Counted from the stretch's first letter, positions 37,882 to 48,002 are shown. The stretch is 64,000 nucleotides of DNA from an uncultured Prevotellaceae bacterium (GCA_902778255.1 CACYXD010000006.1:144803-208802); one strand, 5' to 3'. Numbers and translations are program-made. The notes: a model not told the origin generated them from the letters alone.

Positions 37882-38877
37882 ATGGCAATTTCAATTGACG
37901 ATATCAAAAAGCTGCGCGCTATGACTGGCGCTGGTCTGGCTGACGTAAAGAAGGCCCTGACCGAGGCAGAGGGTGATTTCGACCGTGCTAAGGAGCTGCT
38001 CCGCGAGCGTGGCCTGGCTATCGCTGCCAAGCGCTCTGACCGCGAGACCTCTAACGGTTGCGTACTGACTAAGGTGGAGAATGGCTTCGCTGCCATCATC
38101 GCCCTGAAGTGTGAGACCGACTTCGTGGCCAATGGTGCTGACTTCATCGCCCTGACCCAGAGCATCCTTGATGCTGCTGTAGCCAACAAGTGCAAGACCA
38201 TCGAGGAGGTGCAGAACCTCAATATCAACGGTCAGACCGCTCAGGAGGCTGTTACACAGCGTTCAGGTATCACTGGCGAGAAGATGGAGCTCGATGGCTA
38301 CCAGATTCTCGAGGGTGCCAACATCGAGGCTTACGACCACATGGGCAAGCACACCCTGTGCACCATGGTTCAGACCAACAAGGAGAATGCTGAGGTAGGT
38401 CACAAGCTGGCTATGCAGGTGGCTGCCATGAAGCCCGTGGCTCTGAATGCAGAGGCTGTAGATCAGAAGATTCTTGACGAGGAGTACAAGACCGCCGTTG
38501 AGAAGACCAAGCTCGAGCAGGTTGAGAAGTTCGTAGAGATGAAGCTCAAGAAGGCTGGCATCAACCCCAACCTCGTTGACTCTGAGGATCACATCGAGAG
38601 CAACATGGCTAAGGGCTGGCTCACTCAGGAGCAGGCTGACGAGGCTCGCAAGCTCATCGAGGCTGCTAAGGCTGAGGGTGAGGCTCAGCTGAAGATGCCT
38701 ATGATCGAGAACATCGCCAAGGGTCGTGTGAACAAGTTCCTGAAGGAGAACTGTCTGGTTGACCAGGAGTTCCAGTTCGGTGACGGCGACAAGGCTACCG
38801 TAGCCCAGTGGGTGAAGGCTCAGGACAAGGAGCTCGACATCACTGCTTTCCGTCGCTTCACACTTGCTGCAGAGTAA
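37882..38877 (+). CDS. tsf: Elongation factor Ts
   Basis: IKKLRAMTGAG, CETDFVA and AMQVAAMKP motifs. Confidence 0.98.
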   Translation: MAISIDDIKKLRAMTGAGLADVKKALTEAEGDFDRAKELLRERGLAIAAKRSDRETSNGCVLTKVENGFAAIIALKCETDFVANGADFIALTQSILDAAVANKCKTIEEVQNLNINGQTAQEAVTQRSGITGEKMELDGYQILEGANIEAYDHMGKHTLCTMVQTNKENAEVGHKLAMQVAAMKPVALNAEAVDQKILDEEYKTAVEKTKLEQVEKFVEMKLKKAGINPNLVDSEDHIESNMAKGWLTQEQADEARKLIEAAKAEGEAQLKMPMIENIAKGRVNKFLKENCLVDQEFQFGDGDKATVAQWVKAQDKELDITAFRRFTLAAE

Positions 38878-38901
38878 TAATAACTCACAAAACCTTTATA
38901 C

Positions 38902-38943
38902 AAGAGATCGGCATTGCCTTACGGGCATTGCCGATCTCTTTTT
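38902..38943 (+). terminator. Intrinsic terminator after tsf
   Basis: AAGAGATCGGCA / TGCCGATCTCTT arms followed by T residues. Confidence 0.88.
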
Positions 38944-38982
38944 GTGTGAACAGCAAACGCAACCTAAAGAAACTGCATACGG

Positions 38983-39080
38983 ATCGAGAGCTAATGGTTC
39001 GAGGGGGAGGAGCACGTCGTTCGCGGGTGACGAGCACGCCGTTCGCGGGCCGCGAACCCCTAGCTCTTGGGTCGCGAACC
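38983..39080. repeat. 22-bp-period REP-like element with direct and inverted units
   Basis: GTTCG(A/C)GGG at 38997, 39019 and 39041; inverted CGCGAAC at 39051 and 39073. Confidence 0.75.
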
Positions 39081-39103
39081 GGCACTTCTCATTTTTTTAC
39101 CCT

Positions 39104-39913
39104 TTAGTCATCTATCACCTCTGGGTCGGGTAGGTTTCGGTCCATATCGCTGTAAGCGCCTTTCAGGTCAGCGTTGGTGATGCTAAACTCACGACAGAGG
39201 GGGCGGTCTTTGTCTGTCAGGCTATGGCGGAACAGCCATTCGTAGGTGCGTTTTAGGTAGAAGGCACGAGCCAGGGCACCGTGGTTGGCACCAGGAAGCC
39301 AGTCGTAGCGCAGACGGCTGTCGTTATGGGCATCCTCAAGGGCTTTCACCACCCGCTTCGACTCCTTGATGCCTACGGCCTTGTCGGCTGTGCCATGAAG
39401 TATCCAGAGGGGCAGTTGCCCTAAGCCCTGCAGGTCTTTCAGCGTTGAGCCACCGCAGAGCGCCATCGCTGCTGCCACCTTCTCAGGATAGGTGCCGGCA
39501 AAGTCGAGCGTGCCATAGCCCCCCAGGCTCATACCCAACACATAGACGCGGGTGCTGTCGGCAGGATAGTTCTTCAGCGTCCATTCCAGCACATCGTTGA
39601 TCTTCTTTGGGTTCCACGCTCCTCCAGGGTTCTGGGGCACGATGACCAATGCAGGTATCTCGCGGCCTCGTACGATGGCATCCAGCGGACCATAGCGGCG
39701 CGAGCGGTTCAGGTCGCGACTACACAGACTGGCTCCGTGTAGGAAGATGACCACGGGTGTCTGCTCCTGCGAGAAATAATAGTCCTCAGGGGTGTAGATC
39801 CAGAAGTCGTATCCCCCTGGTATCACCTTGCGGTTGGCTATCAGGAAGTCGTATTGTGCCGAGATGTTCAGGCAGCTCAGCCATACGATTAGTAATATTC
39901 CAATGCGTTTCAT
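39104..39913 (-). CDS. Secreted alpha/beta hydrolase (phospholipase/carboxylesterase or predicted peptidase)
   Basis: VIFLHGA, YVLGMSLGGYGT (GxSxG) and WILHGTADKAV motifs; signal peptide. Confidence 0.88.
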   Translation of the reverse strand: MKRIGILLIVWLSCLNISAQYDFLIANRKVIPGGYDFWIYTPEDYYFSQEQTPVVIFLHGASLCSRDLNRSRRYGPLDAIVRGREIPALVIVPQNPGGAWNPKKINDVLEWTLKNYPADSTRVYVLGMSLGGYGTLDFAGTYPEKVAAAMALCGGSTLKDLQGLGQLPLWILHGTADKAVGIKESKRVVKALEDAHNDSRLRYDWLPGANHGALARAFYLKRTYEWLFRHSLTDKDRPLCREFSITNADLKGAYSDMDRNLPDPEVIDD

Positions 39914-39997
39914 GCCTGCAAAAGTACGCATTTTCCCTGAAATGTTTGCTCAAATCAAGTAAAAATGTTAGTTTTGTAGGCTCAAAACGAAAAAGAT

Positions 39998-40615
39998 ATG
40001 AAGATATTTGCAGTAGGAATGAACTACGCACTGCACAATAAAGAGTTGGATGGTGCGTTATATAAACCAGAGAAACCCGTGATTTTCACGAAAGCCGACT
40101 CGGCATTGCTGAAGGACGGAAAGCCGTTTTTTATACCCGACTGGTCGCAGCGGGTGGACTATGAGGCCGAGATGGTGGTGCGTATCTGCCGATTGGGGAA
40201 GGGTATCCCCACGCGCTTTGCCCATCGTTACTACGATGCGGTGACCGTGGGCATCGACTTCACGGCACGCGACTGGCAGGAGGAGGCTCGTAAGAACGGT
40301 CAGCCGTGGGAGATCTGCAAGGGATTTGATGGCTCGGCTGTGATTGGAGAGTGGGTCGAGAAAGAAAAATTCCGTGATGTGCAGGCTCTGCATTTCCATC
40401 TGGATGTGAACGGACAGACGGTGCAGGAGGGTTGTACGAGCGATATGCTCTACAAAGTGGATGAGCTGATTAGCTATATTTCGACCTATTTCACGCTGAA
40501 AACGGGCGATCTGCTCTATACGGGAACCCCTGTGGGCGTAGGTCCTGTCCATATTGATGACCATCTGGAAGGCTGGCTGGAAGACAGGAAAGTGTTGGAT
40601 TTTAACTGTAAGTGA
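39998..40615 (+). CDS. Fumarylacetoacetate hydrolase family protein
   Basis: VGMNYALH, VDYEAE, GIDFTARD and LYTGTPVGVGPV motifs. Confidence 0.94.
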   Translation: MKIFAVGMNYALHNKELDGALYKPEKPVIFTKADSALLKDGKPFFIPDWSQRVDYEAEMVVRICRLGKGIPTRFAHRYYDAVTVGIDFTARDWQEEARKNGQPWEICKGFDGSAVIGEWVEKEKFRDVQALHFHLDVNGQTVQEGCTSDMLYKVDELISYISTYFTLKTGDLLYTGTPVGVGPVHIDDHLEGWLEDRKVLDFNCK

Positions 40616-43600
40616 AAAGATATCTGATAGTAAGCATAGGGCTACTGCTGAGTGTGATGCTTCACGCACAGCAGTTTGTCAACCTGACTGCAGAACAGGT
40701 CAGGATAGACTCTCTGTTGCCTTATGTAAACTATTCTTGGCCCTTGGGTGAAAACTATGCCGACTCAGTCTATGAGGTGAGCATTGCCTATCCGGAGTTT
40801 CTGGATATGGAAGAAGCTGACATAAAACGCTACCAAGGTATTACGGACGAAGCTTTGCCGGAACTGCCAGAGATACAGCAGTACGTAGGCGTTTCACGCA
40901 AAAAGGGTACGCTTTATGCCCAGTTCGTTCCCCTTGTCTTTCGTGACGGGAAATACCAGAAACTGGTTAGCTTCCAGTTAAAGGTAAAAGCATCTGCTGT
41001 GGCAGCAGCCCGTCGCGTTGCATCTTCTATGGATAATCGCTATGCTACCCATTCGGTGTTGGCTACTGGTCAGTGGGCAAAGATCCGGGTGTCGGAATCG
41101 GGTGTCTATCATCTGACGGATGCCTTGGTGCGTAAGGCGGGCTTCTCGAATTCTAAGAAGGTGAAGGTCTATGGCTATGGTGGTGCGCTGCAGCCGGAGA
41201 CGTTGACGGCAGACTATCTTGCGGAGACGGATGACCTCAAGGAAATACCTACCTATACGGTCAACGGCAAACGACTGTTTTATGCTGTGGGACCTGTCAG
41301 TTGGTCGTCAAACAACACCCTTGTCCGTACTCGTAATCCTTATTCTGAATATGGTTATTATTTCCTGACCGAGAGCGATGGCGAACCGCTCACGGCCGAC
41401 AGCGCCACATTCTGCAGTTCGTTCTACCCCAGTCCTGACGATTATCATGACCTCTATGAGGTAGATGACTATGCCTGGTATCATGGCGGACGCAATCTCT
41501 ATGAAAGTCAGAAACTGGAACAGGGCGTCAATCGTACCATCACCCTGCCTGGCATCACCAGTAGTGGGGCGCAGTTGAATGTCAACCTGTCGTTTGATGC
41601 CACCTTTCAGGCCACGATAGCCTTTAACGGGGTGCAGATAGGTACGCTGAAGCCCACGGGCGTGGTGAACAGCAGTGGTACGCTGAGTGATGGCAATGCC
41701 GTTGCTGCACAGACAGATTGGACCTTTACCCTGCCTGACTCGCTTTGTAGTGATACTAAGAACACGCTCACCCTTCGTATGACGAGCGGCAGTGAGGTGC
41801 GCATCGACTATATCTCTTTGTGCTACACAGCGCCAAAGCCGCTGGCCAACCTTGCCACGGCATCGCTCCCCGTTCCGGAATACCTATATCGTATCACCAA
41901 TCAGGATCATCATGCCGACTCGGCCGTGGATATGGTCATCATTATACCAACCTCGCAAAAAGTGCTGTCAGAGGCCCAGCGTCTGCAGACCCTCCATGAG
42001 ACCTACGACAGTCTGCGTGTCAGGATAGTACCTGCCGATGAACTCTATAATGAGTTTTCCAGTGGCACACCTGATGCCAATGCCTACCGCCGCTATATGA
42101 AGATGCTTTACGACAGGGCAGAGACCGAGGCCGACCAGCCCCGCTTCCTGTTGCTCTTCGGCGATGGTGCCTGGGACAACCGTATGCTGTCCAGTGGCTG
42201 GCGCAGCTTGTCGCCCGACGACTTCCTGCTCTGTTACGAGAGCGAGAACTCGTTCAGTACTACGAAATGCTACGTCACGGATGATTATTACTGTCTGCTC
42301 GACGATGATGAAGGCAATATTTTGAAGGACAAATTTGATGCAGCAGTAGGCCGTTTGTCAGCCCGTACGGCCGATGAGGCCAAGATACTGGTTGACAAGA
42401 TTTATGCCTATCGTACCAATGCCTATGCCGGTGCCTGGCAGAACACTCTTTGCTTCTTGGGTGACGATGGTGACCAGAATCGCCACATGAAAGATGCTGA
42501 GGCCGTGGTGGCGCAGGTGCAGAACAGCTACTCCGGCTATCATATCAAGAAGATATATTGGGATGCCTATACACGTGTGACCTCATCAACGGGTAATAGC
42601 TTCCCCGATGTGACACGGCTTATCAAGCAGCAGTTGCAGACGGGTGCCCTGGTGATGAACTACTCTGGTCATGGCGGTCCTGCCCTGATGTCGCACGAGG
42701 CGGTGATGCGTATCACCGATTTCGCCGAGGCATCATCATTGCGCCTGCCCTTGTGGATTACGGCCTCTTGCGACATTATGCCTTTCGATGGCTTGAGCGA
42801 TAATATCGGCGAGACGGCGATGATGAACAAGAAGGGCGGCTCCATTGCCTTCTATGGTACTACCCGTACGGTCTATGCCACTTATAACCGTCCGCAGAAC
42901 CAAGCGTTTATGAAATATGTGCTGGGTAGTAAGAATGGACGCAGGCTCACCATAGGTGAGGCAGGCTATCTGGCCAAGAACGATTTTACGTCGGGTTCTA
43001 CCGAGATGCTGACCAATAAGCTGCAGTATGCCCTTCTGGGTGACCCTGCACTGGTGCTGGCTGCTCCCACGCAGCAGGTAGTCGTTGACAGCATCAATGG
43101 ACAGGCCGTATCGGCAGGCACTCAGCAGCTGAAGGCAGGCTCATGCGTCACTGTGAGCGGTCATCTGGAGGGACATTCGGACTTCAATGGGGTGGTCACC
43201 CTGACCGTTCTTGACAAGGAAGAGACGATCGTGGGCAAACAGAACGACCCGCAGGAGACGCAGGAGGCTCTCACGTTCATTGACCGTCCCAACACCATCT
43301 ACAGCGGTAGCGACAGCATCCGCAGCGGCCGCTTCTCCATCTCCTTTGCCGTGCCTAGGGATATCAGCTATTCTGATAAGACAGGTCTTTTCCTTGTCTA
43401 TGCCATCAACAACGAGAAAACACTCACGGCTCATGGTGAGAACGAGAACTTTAAGCTATCTGGTACTGAGAGTCTGGTGAACGATGGGGTGGGTCCCTCT
43501 ATCTATTGCTACCTGAACAGTGAGTCGTTTGTCAATGGCGGTACGGTGAATGCCACACCCTATTTCTATGCCGAGTTGACTGATAAGGACGGCATCAATG

Positions 43601-44145
43601 TGTCGGGGGGCGGCATCGGGCATGACCTGGAACTGATCATCGACAACGATATCAACACTACTTATACGCTGAATGACCGCTTTCAATATGACTTTGGCAA
43701 CTATCGCCAAGGTTCTGTCGATTATGTGTTGCCAGAACTGACGGATGGTCCCCATACTTTGCTCTTCCGTGCATGGGATGCCCAGAACAACTCATCGGTG
43801 GCTGAACTATCGTTTGTAGTCAATGCCAAACAGCAGCCCAGCATGGGCAATGTGGTGTGTACCAAGAACCCTGCCACCACCTCCACCCGCTTTGTCATTA
43901 CCCATGACCGTACAGGCAGCGAGATGGATGTGGAACTTGAGATATTCGACACTTCTGGCCGCAAATTGTGGGGAAAAACGGAGACGGGCATTCCTACCGA
44001 TAATACTTATTCCATTGACTGGGATCTTACGGCTGGCAACGGCAGTAGACTGCGCACAGGCATCTATCTCTATCGGGTGCTGATTAGTAGTAATGGCAGC
44101 AGCCAGGCCTCGCAAGCCAAGAAATTGATTATCCTGGGGCAATAA
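40612..44145 (+). CDS. porU: Type IX secretion system sortase PorU
   Basis: C25 gingipain-like domain with NYSGHG and TASC catalytic motifs; LLLFGDGAWDNR; C-terminal CTD; followed by porV. Confidence 0.93.
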   Translation: MKRYLIVSIGLLLSVMLHAQQFVNLTAEQVRIDSLLPYVNYSWPLGENYADSVYEVSIAYPEFLDMEEADIKRYQGITDEALPELPEIQQYVGVSRKKGTLYAQFVPLVFRDGKYQKLVSFQLKVKASAVAAARRVASSMDNRYATHSVLATGQWAKIRVSESGVYHLTDALVRKAGFSNSKKVKVYGYGGALQPETLTADYLAETDDLKEIPTYTVNGKRLFYAVGPVSWSSNNTLVRTRNPYSEYGYYFLTESDGEPLTADSATFCSSFYPSPDDYHDLYEVDDYAWYHGGRNLYESQKLEQGVNRTITLPGITSSGAQLNVNLSFDATFQATIAFNGVQIGTLKPTGVVNSSGTLSDGNAVAAQTDWTFTLPDSLCSDTKNTLTLRMTSGSEVRIDYISLCYTAPKPLANLATASLPVPEYLYRITNQDHHADSAVDMVIIIPTSQKVLSEAQRLQTLHETYDSLRVRIVPADELYNEFSSGTPDANAYRRYMKMLYDRAETEADQPRFLLLFGDGAWDNRMLSSGWRSLSPDDFLLCYESENSFSTTKCYVTDDYYCLLDDDEGNILKDKFDAAVGRLSARTADEAKILVDKIYAYRTNAYAGAWQNTLCFLGDDGDQNRHMKDAEAVVAQVQNSYSGYHIKKIYWDAYTRVTSSTGNSFPDVTRLIKQQLQTGALVMNYSGHGGPALMSHEAVMRITDFAEASSLRLPLWITASCDIMPFDGLSDNIGETAMMNKKGGSIAFYGTTRTVYATYNRPQNQAFMKYVLGSKNGRRLTIGEAGYLAKNDFTSGSTEMLTNKLQYALLGDPALVLAAPTQQVVVDSINGQAVSAGTQQLKAGSCVTVSGHLEGHSDFNGVVTLTVLDKEETIVGKQNDPQETQEALTFIDRPNTIYSGSDSIRSGRFSISFAVPRDISYSDKTGLFLVYAINNEKTLTAHGENENFKLSGTESLVNDGVGPSIYCYLNSESFVNGGTVNATPYFYAELTDKDGINVSGGGIGHDLELIIDNDINTTYTLNDRFQYDFGNYRQGSVDYVLPELTDGPHTLLFRAWDAQNNSSVAELSFVVNAKQQPSMGNVVCTKNPATTSTRFVITHDRTGSEMDVELEIFDTSGRKLWGKTETGIPTDNTYSIDWDLTAGNGSRLRTGIYLYRVLISSNGSSQASQAKKLIILGQ

Positions 44146-44220
44146 TAAAGCTTTTATTTCGTTATTATTTTGTCGCGATATTTCGATATGGCGATGTTTC
44201 GATATAACGACAATAAGAGA

Positions 44221-45423
44221 ATGAAAACAAAGAAACTGCTTTTAGCACTTGGCTGCAGCCTGATGTCCCTCGCATCTTTTGCGCAGGATAAGACTACCAC
44301 GTTCAATCCCGTGGAACATGCGGTCATCTCGCAGACGATAGCCCCTGATGCCCGTGCCGCTGGTATGGGTGATGTGGGTGTAGCCACAGATCCTGACGTC
44401 AACTCACAATATTGGAACTTGGCTAAGTACCCCTTTTGTATCAGTCGTGCAGGCATAGCACTCAACTATACCCCATGGTTGCGCCAGTTGGTCAACGATA
44501 TCGACCTGGCCTATGTGGCAGGCTATTATCGTATTGGCGACTATGGCGCCCTTTCCGGATCACTGCGCTATTTCTCGCTGGGCGAGGTCTATACCGATGC
44601 CGAGGGTTTGGATGAGTCGATGACGGTAAAGCCCTACGAGATGGCACTCGACGTGGCTTACTCACGTATGCTGAGTGAGACCTTTTCACTGGGTGTCGGT
44701 CTGCGCTGGATTTATAGTGACCTGCGCTACGACTATTTCAGCGAGGGCTCTAAACCAGCTTCTGCCTTTGCGGCTGATATCGCCATGTATTATAACAACT
44801 ATGTGATGCTGGGCAACCGTGAATGTCAGCTGGGCTTAGGTGCCACGGCTACGAATATCGGTAGTAAGATTTCGTTCTATGGCGATGACGAGAGCCAGTT
44901 TATCCCAGCCAACCTGCGTGTAGGTGCCTCGCTGATGGTGCCTGTTGACGAGTACAACCGCTTCTCTCTGGCTTTCGATGCCAACAAGCTGTTGGTGCCT
45001 ACGGTGCCTACGATGCAGCAGTATATCGATGACCGTCTGGGAGGTGATGCCACTGCCTATCATGAGGGTGAGTATCAGCAGTATGTGCGCGAGGAGTACA
45101 GCGATATGTCAAGTATCAAGGGTATCTTCAAGAGCTTTAGTGATGCCCCTGGTGGCTTTAAGGAGGAAATGGAAGAGATACAGTGGAGCGTTGGTGCCGA
45201 GTATGTTTATAACGAACAGTTCTCGCTGCGTGCGGGTTATCATCATGAGAGTGAGTCGAAGGGTAATCGTAAGTACTTCACCGTGGGCGGCGGCTTCCGC
45301 ATGAACGTCTTCTCGCTTGATGTGGGCTACGTCATCTCTACGGCCCAGAGCAATCCTCTTGACCAGACTCTGCGCTTCACCCTGGCGTTTGACATGGATG
45401 GTTTGAAAGATCTTTTTAAATAA
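44221..45423 (+). CDS. porV: Type IX secretion system outer membrane shuttle PorV
   Basis: IAPDARAAGMGDVGVATDPD, YTPWLRQLVNDI and SLRAGYHHE motifs; ends LRFTLAFD. Confidence 0.93.
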   Translation: MKTKKLLLALGCSLMSLASFAQDKTTTFNPVEHAVISQTIAPDARAAGMGDVGVATDPDVNSQYWNLAKYPFCISRAGIALNYTPWLRQLVNDIDLAYVAGYYRIGDYGALSGSLRYFSLGEVYTDAEGLDESMTVKPYEMALDVAYSRMLSETFSLGVGLRWIYSDLRYDYFSEGSKPASAFAADIAMYYNNYVMLGNRECQLGLGATATNIGSKISFYGDDESQFIPANLRVGASLMVPVDEYNRFSLAFDANKLLVPTVPTMQQYIDDRLGGDATAYHEGEYQQYVREEYSDMSSIKGIFKSFSDAPGGFKEEMEEIQWSVGAEYVYNEQFSLRAGYHHESESKGNRKYFTVGGGFRMNVFSLDVGYVISTAQSNPLDQTLRFTLAFDMDGLKDLFK

Positions 45424-45462
45424 TCATCGAAATTTCGATACCTCGAAAAAAAAGGAATCATT

Positions 45463-45936
45463 ATGATAAGAGTAGGAATGGGCTATGACGTCCATCAGTT
45501 AGTAGAGGGCCGCGACCTGTGGATGGGCGGCATCAAGTTGGAACATACAATGGGACTGCTTGGCCACAGCGACGCCGACGTGTTGATACATGCTATCTGT
45601 GACGCCATCTTGGGTGCCGCCAATATGCGTGACATAGGTTATCACTTCCCTGATACTTCGGCCGAGACCGATGGTATGGACAGTAAGATTATCCTCAAGA
45701 AGACCATCGAACTCATTGCCACCAAGGGCTATCATCTGGTGAATATCGATGCTACCATCTGTGCCGAGAAACCTAAGATGAATCCACATATCCCTGAGAT
45801 GCAGCAGTGTATGGCTCGTGTCATCGGCTGTGATCCCGATCAGATATCTATCAAAGCCACAACGACTGAGAAACTCGGCTTCACGGGTCGCCAAGAAGGT
45901 ATATCTGCTTATGCTGTAGCGCTGATAGAGAAATAA
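45463..45936 (+). CDS. ispF: 2-C-methyl-D-erythritol 2,4-cyclodiphosphate synthase
   Basis: GMGYDVH, GHSDADVLIHA and KATTTEKLGFTGR motifs. Confidence 0.98.
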   Translation: MIRVGMGYDVHQLVEGRDLWMGGIKLEHTMGLLGHSDADVLIHAICDAILGAANMRDIGYHFPDTSAETDGMDSKIILKKTIELIATKGYHLVNIDATICAEKPKMNPHIPEMQQCMARVIGCDPDQISIKATTTEKLGFTGRQEGISAYAVALIEK

Positions 45937-45939
45937 ATC

Positions 45940-47484
45940 TTACCTAAGAAGGCTTCCCATCTCCTTCTTGATGACCTTATCATAGCCGTAAAGGTCAGAT
46001 AATGACTCCATCTTACCTGTTTCCGGATTGGGAAATGTTGTGAAATAGAGTATATAGACGGGCATCTTTGGCGATACAGCCTGGTAAGATACCAAACGAT
46101 AAGGGTGGGGATCGTCCTTATGCGTTTTTAGATAATCCTTGCCGCGTTTGGTCTTAGGCGGGATGTCCATAGAAATACGCATCTGCTCCAGTTTCCATTC
46201 AGTAGCTTCTGGCAAGAGGAAACAGGCTAGTTCAAAGGGCTTTTGAACTCGAACGCAACCGTGTGAGACCGTGCGTCGTTCCCTGTTGAAGGCACTACGA
46301 TTGTTGGTGTCGTGAAGATAGATGGAGAAATTGTTGGGAAAACGGAATACGATGCGGCCTAAAGAGTTGCGAGGTCCGCTTTTCTGTACCACGCGGAGTT
46401 GGCCACTTTTCAGTTCTGCGCTACTCACTGACTTGACATCCAGCGTGTCGTTGGTCGAACGGTCAACGATGCTGTAGTCGTTACGGGCGAAATAGACAGA
46501 GTCACCGGCATGTGGGGCCACCTCGGCTTTGATGATATTATGCGGAATAATCCATTCCGGATTCACTTGCATATAGTTGATCTCGCTGCAGAGCAATGGC
46601 GTCTTATGTGTGAACGAACCGCAACAGATGCGCATGGGAACAACGGAATCGGGGCATGTGGCCCATAGCTGTTGTGACGGGATGTTGACGATAATACAGC
46701 GCTCATCGGCAGATGGCTGTTTGATCTGCCAACGGCAACGCTCCATATTGACAGCAGTCTTGACATGTTCGGCCACATCGATTGTATCGGTGATGTGTTG
46801 CCTGAGGGCTTGATAGATGTGACCTTTGGGCTTCGATGCTTTTAGGAATTCTATTCTGTCGTCTGACAATAGCACCTGAAGCGACTCGTCATAGTTGGGC
46901 GCTTTTATCTCATAATCAAACAGTCGGGCATACTCTCTGGGATTGGTGGAGCCGCTTTTATGGTCCATGTTGTTAAGATAGCGTGCAGGACGGGTGAAAC
47001 CATAACGCTGTCCTGTTGAGAAACGTACAAAGACTTTCGAGAGGAGGTAGTCCAACTGTGGCAGCACCTCATTGATGTCACGTCCTATAGAGTCAAAGGC
47101 CAATTGGTGTACGACATCAAGATTGGCTGCAATCTGAGGAATATAGAAAGCTGTTGTGTCAAGTCCGTTCAGAGGAAGTTCGTGACGGAGGTAGCTGAGC
47201 AGGGAGTCAGCATCGGACGATACCCCCATATTGGTGTACCAGATAGGTTCATGATGTTGCCTATAATAATCCTTTACAGTTATGTCGGCCAACCACTTAG
47301 AGGTGTCACTGTTCAGTTCTTGCTGGAGATTGGCAGCACATTGCGTGGTGTCTATTGCCTCCTCATACTGTCCAAAGGCAGATAAAGCCCCTTCTGCCAG
47401 TGACTGTCCGTTATTAATACACCCCATGAAGAAGGTGAGGACAGAAAGAAAAATAACCATATGAAGCGATTGTGATGGTTTCAT
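45940..47484 (-). CDS. L,D-transpeptidase (YcbB/LdtD-like), probable lipoprotein
   Basis: NMERCRW, VNIPS, NPEWIIP and IYLHDT...SHGCVRV catalytic motifs. Confidence 0.92.
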   Translation of the reverse strand: MKPSQSLHMVIFLSVLTFFMGCINNGQSLAEGALSAFGQYEEAIDTTQCAANLQQELNSDTSKWLADITVKDYYRQHHEPIWYTNMGVSSDADSLLSYLRHELPLNGLDTTAFYIPQIAANLDVVHQLAFDSIGRDINEVLPQLDYLLSKVFVRFSTGQRYGFTRPARYLNNMDHKSGSTNPREYARLFDYEIKAPNYDESLQVLLSDDRIEFLKASKPKGHIYQALRQHITDTIDVAEHVKTAVNMERCRWQIKQPSADERCIIVNIPSQQLWATCPDSVVPMRICCGSFTHKTPLLCSEINYMQVNPEWIIPHNIIKAEVAPHAGDSVYFARNDYSIVDRSTNDTLDVKSVSSAELKSGQLRVVQKSGPRNSLGRIVFRFPNNFSIYLHDTNNRSAFNRERRTVSHGCVRVQKPFELACFLLPEATEWKLEQMRISMDIPPKTKRGKDYLKTHKDDPHPYRLVSYQAVSPKMPVYILYFTTFPNPETGKMESLSDLYGYDKVIKKEMGSLLR

Positions 47485-47582
47485 AATGCAAATATACGCT
47501 CTTTTGTTGTTATTACCAAGTTTCTGCTCCAAAAAGTTGGATCTGTTCCTTGTTTTTTTTATGAAATGAGCGGATAATATAT

Positions 47583-47619
47583 AAAAAAGTCCGCTGCAAC
47601 TCTCGCGAGCAACAGCGGA
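47583..47619 (-). terminator. Intrinsic terminator of the candidate sRNA
   Basis: Stem 47590-47596 / 47613-47619, then T6 on the minus strand. Confidence 0.8.
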
Positions 47620-47817
47620 ACAAGCCTATGTTTAACTAAAAATCCTTTTTCTAAAAGAAATTTTCAGTCCACAAGGACTAAAAATTTGAAAGTTTAAAGG
47701 GAGCTTCACAGCGACCTCCTGTTATCCTACAGTTGAAAACTTTCTTTTTTACCAATAACTAAAAACCTAAAACTATAAATATTACTACTAACCTAAAACA
47801 ATCTATTAACCTTTTGA
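47583..47817 (-). ncRNA. Candidate intergenic small RNA, U-rich
   Basis: -7 TACCTTTG at 47823-47830 (minus); no ORF; internal hairpins; ends in TCCGCTG/CAGCGGA hairpin plus U6. Confidence 0.55.
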
Positions 47818-47953
47818 CGATGCAAAGGTACGACGATCATGTCCCCACAAGTTTTTTAATCTGTTTTGGTCAAAAAAACACCATCTTCTTGATTTAGGTC
47901 AAGTAGTGTGTGCGCAAACAACGCGTTTTTTTCGTTTTTTTGAAAAATATTTT

Positions 47954-47980
47954 TCAATTCTCAATTCTCAATTCTCAATT
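47954..47980. repeat. Heptamer repeat (TCAATTC)x3.9 upstream of -7 TACCTTTG (47987-47994)
   Basis: Read directly. Confidence 0.92.
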
Positions 47981-48002
47981 ATTTCGTACCTTTGTAAATG
48001 CA

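Noticed and set aside
40612-45936. porU-porV-ispF linkage as a novel system
   Set aside because: An established T9SS locus arrangement in Bacteroidetes.
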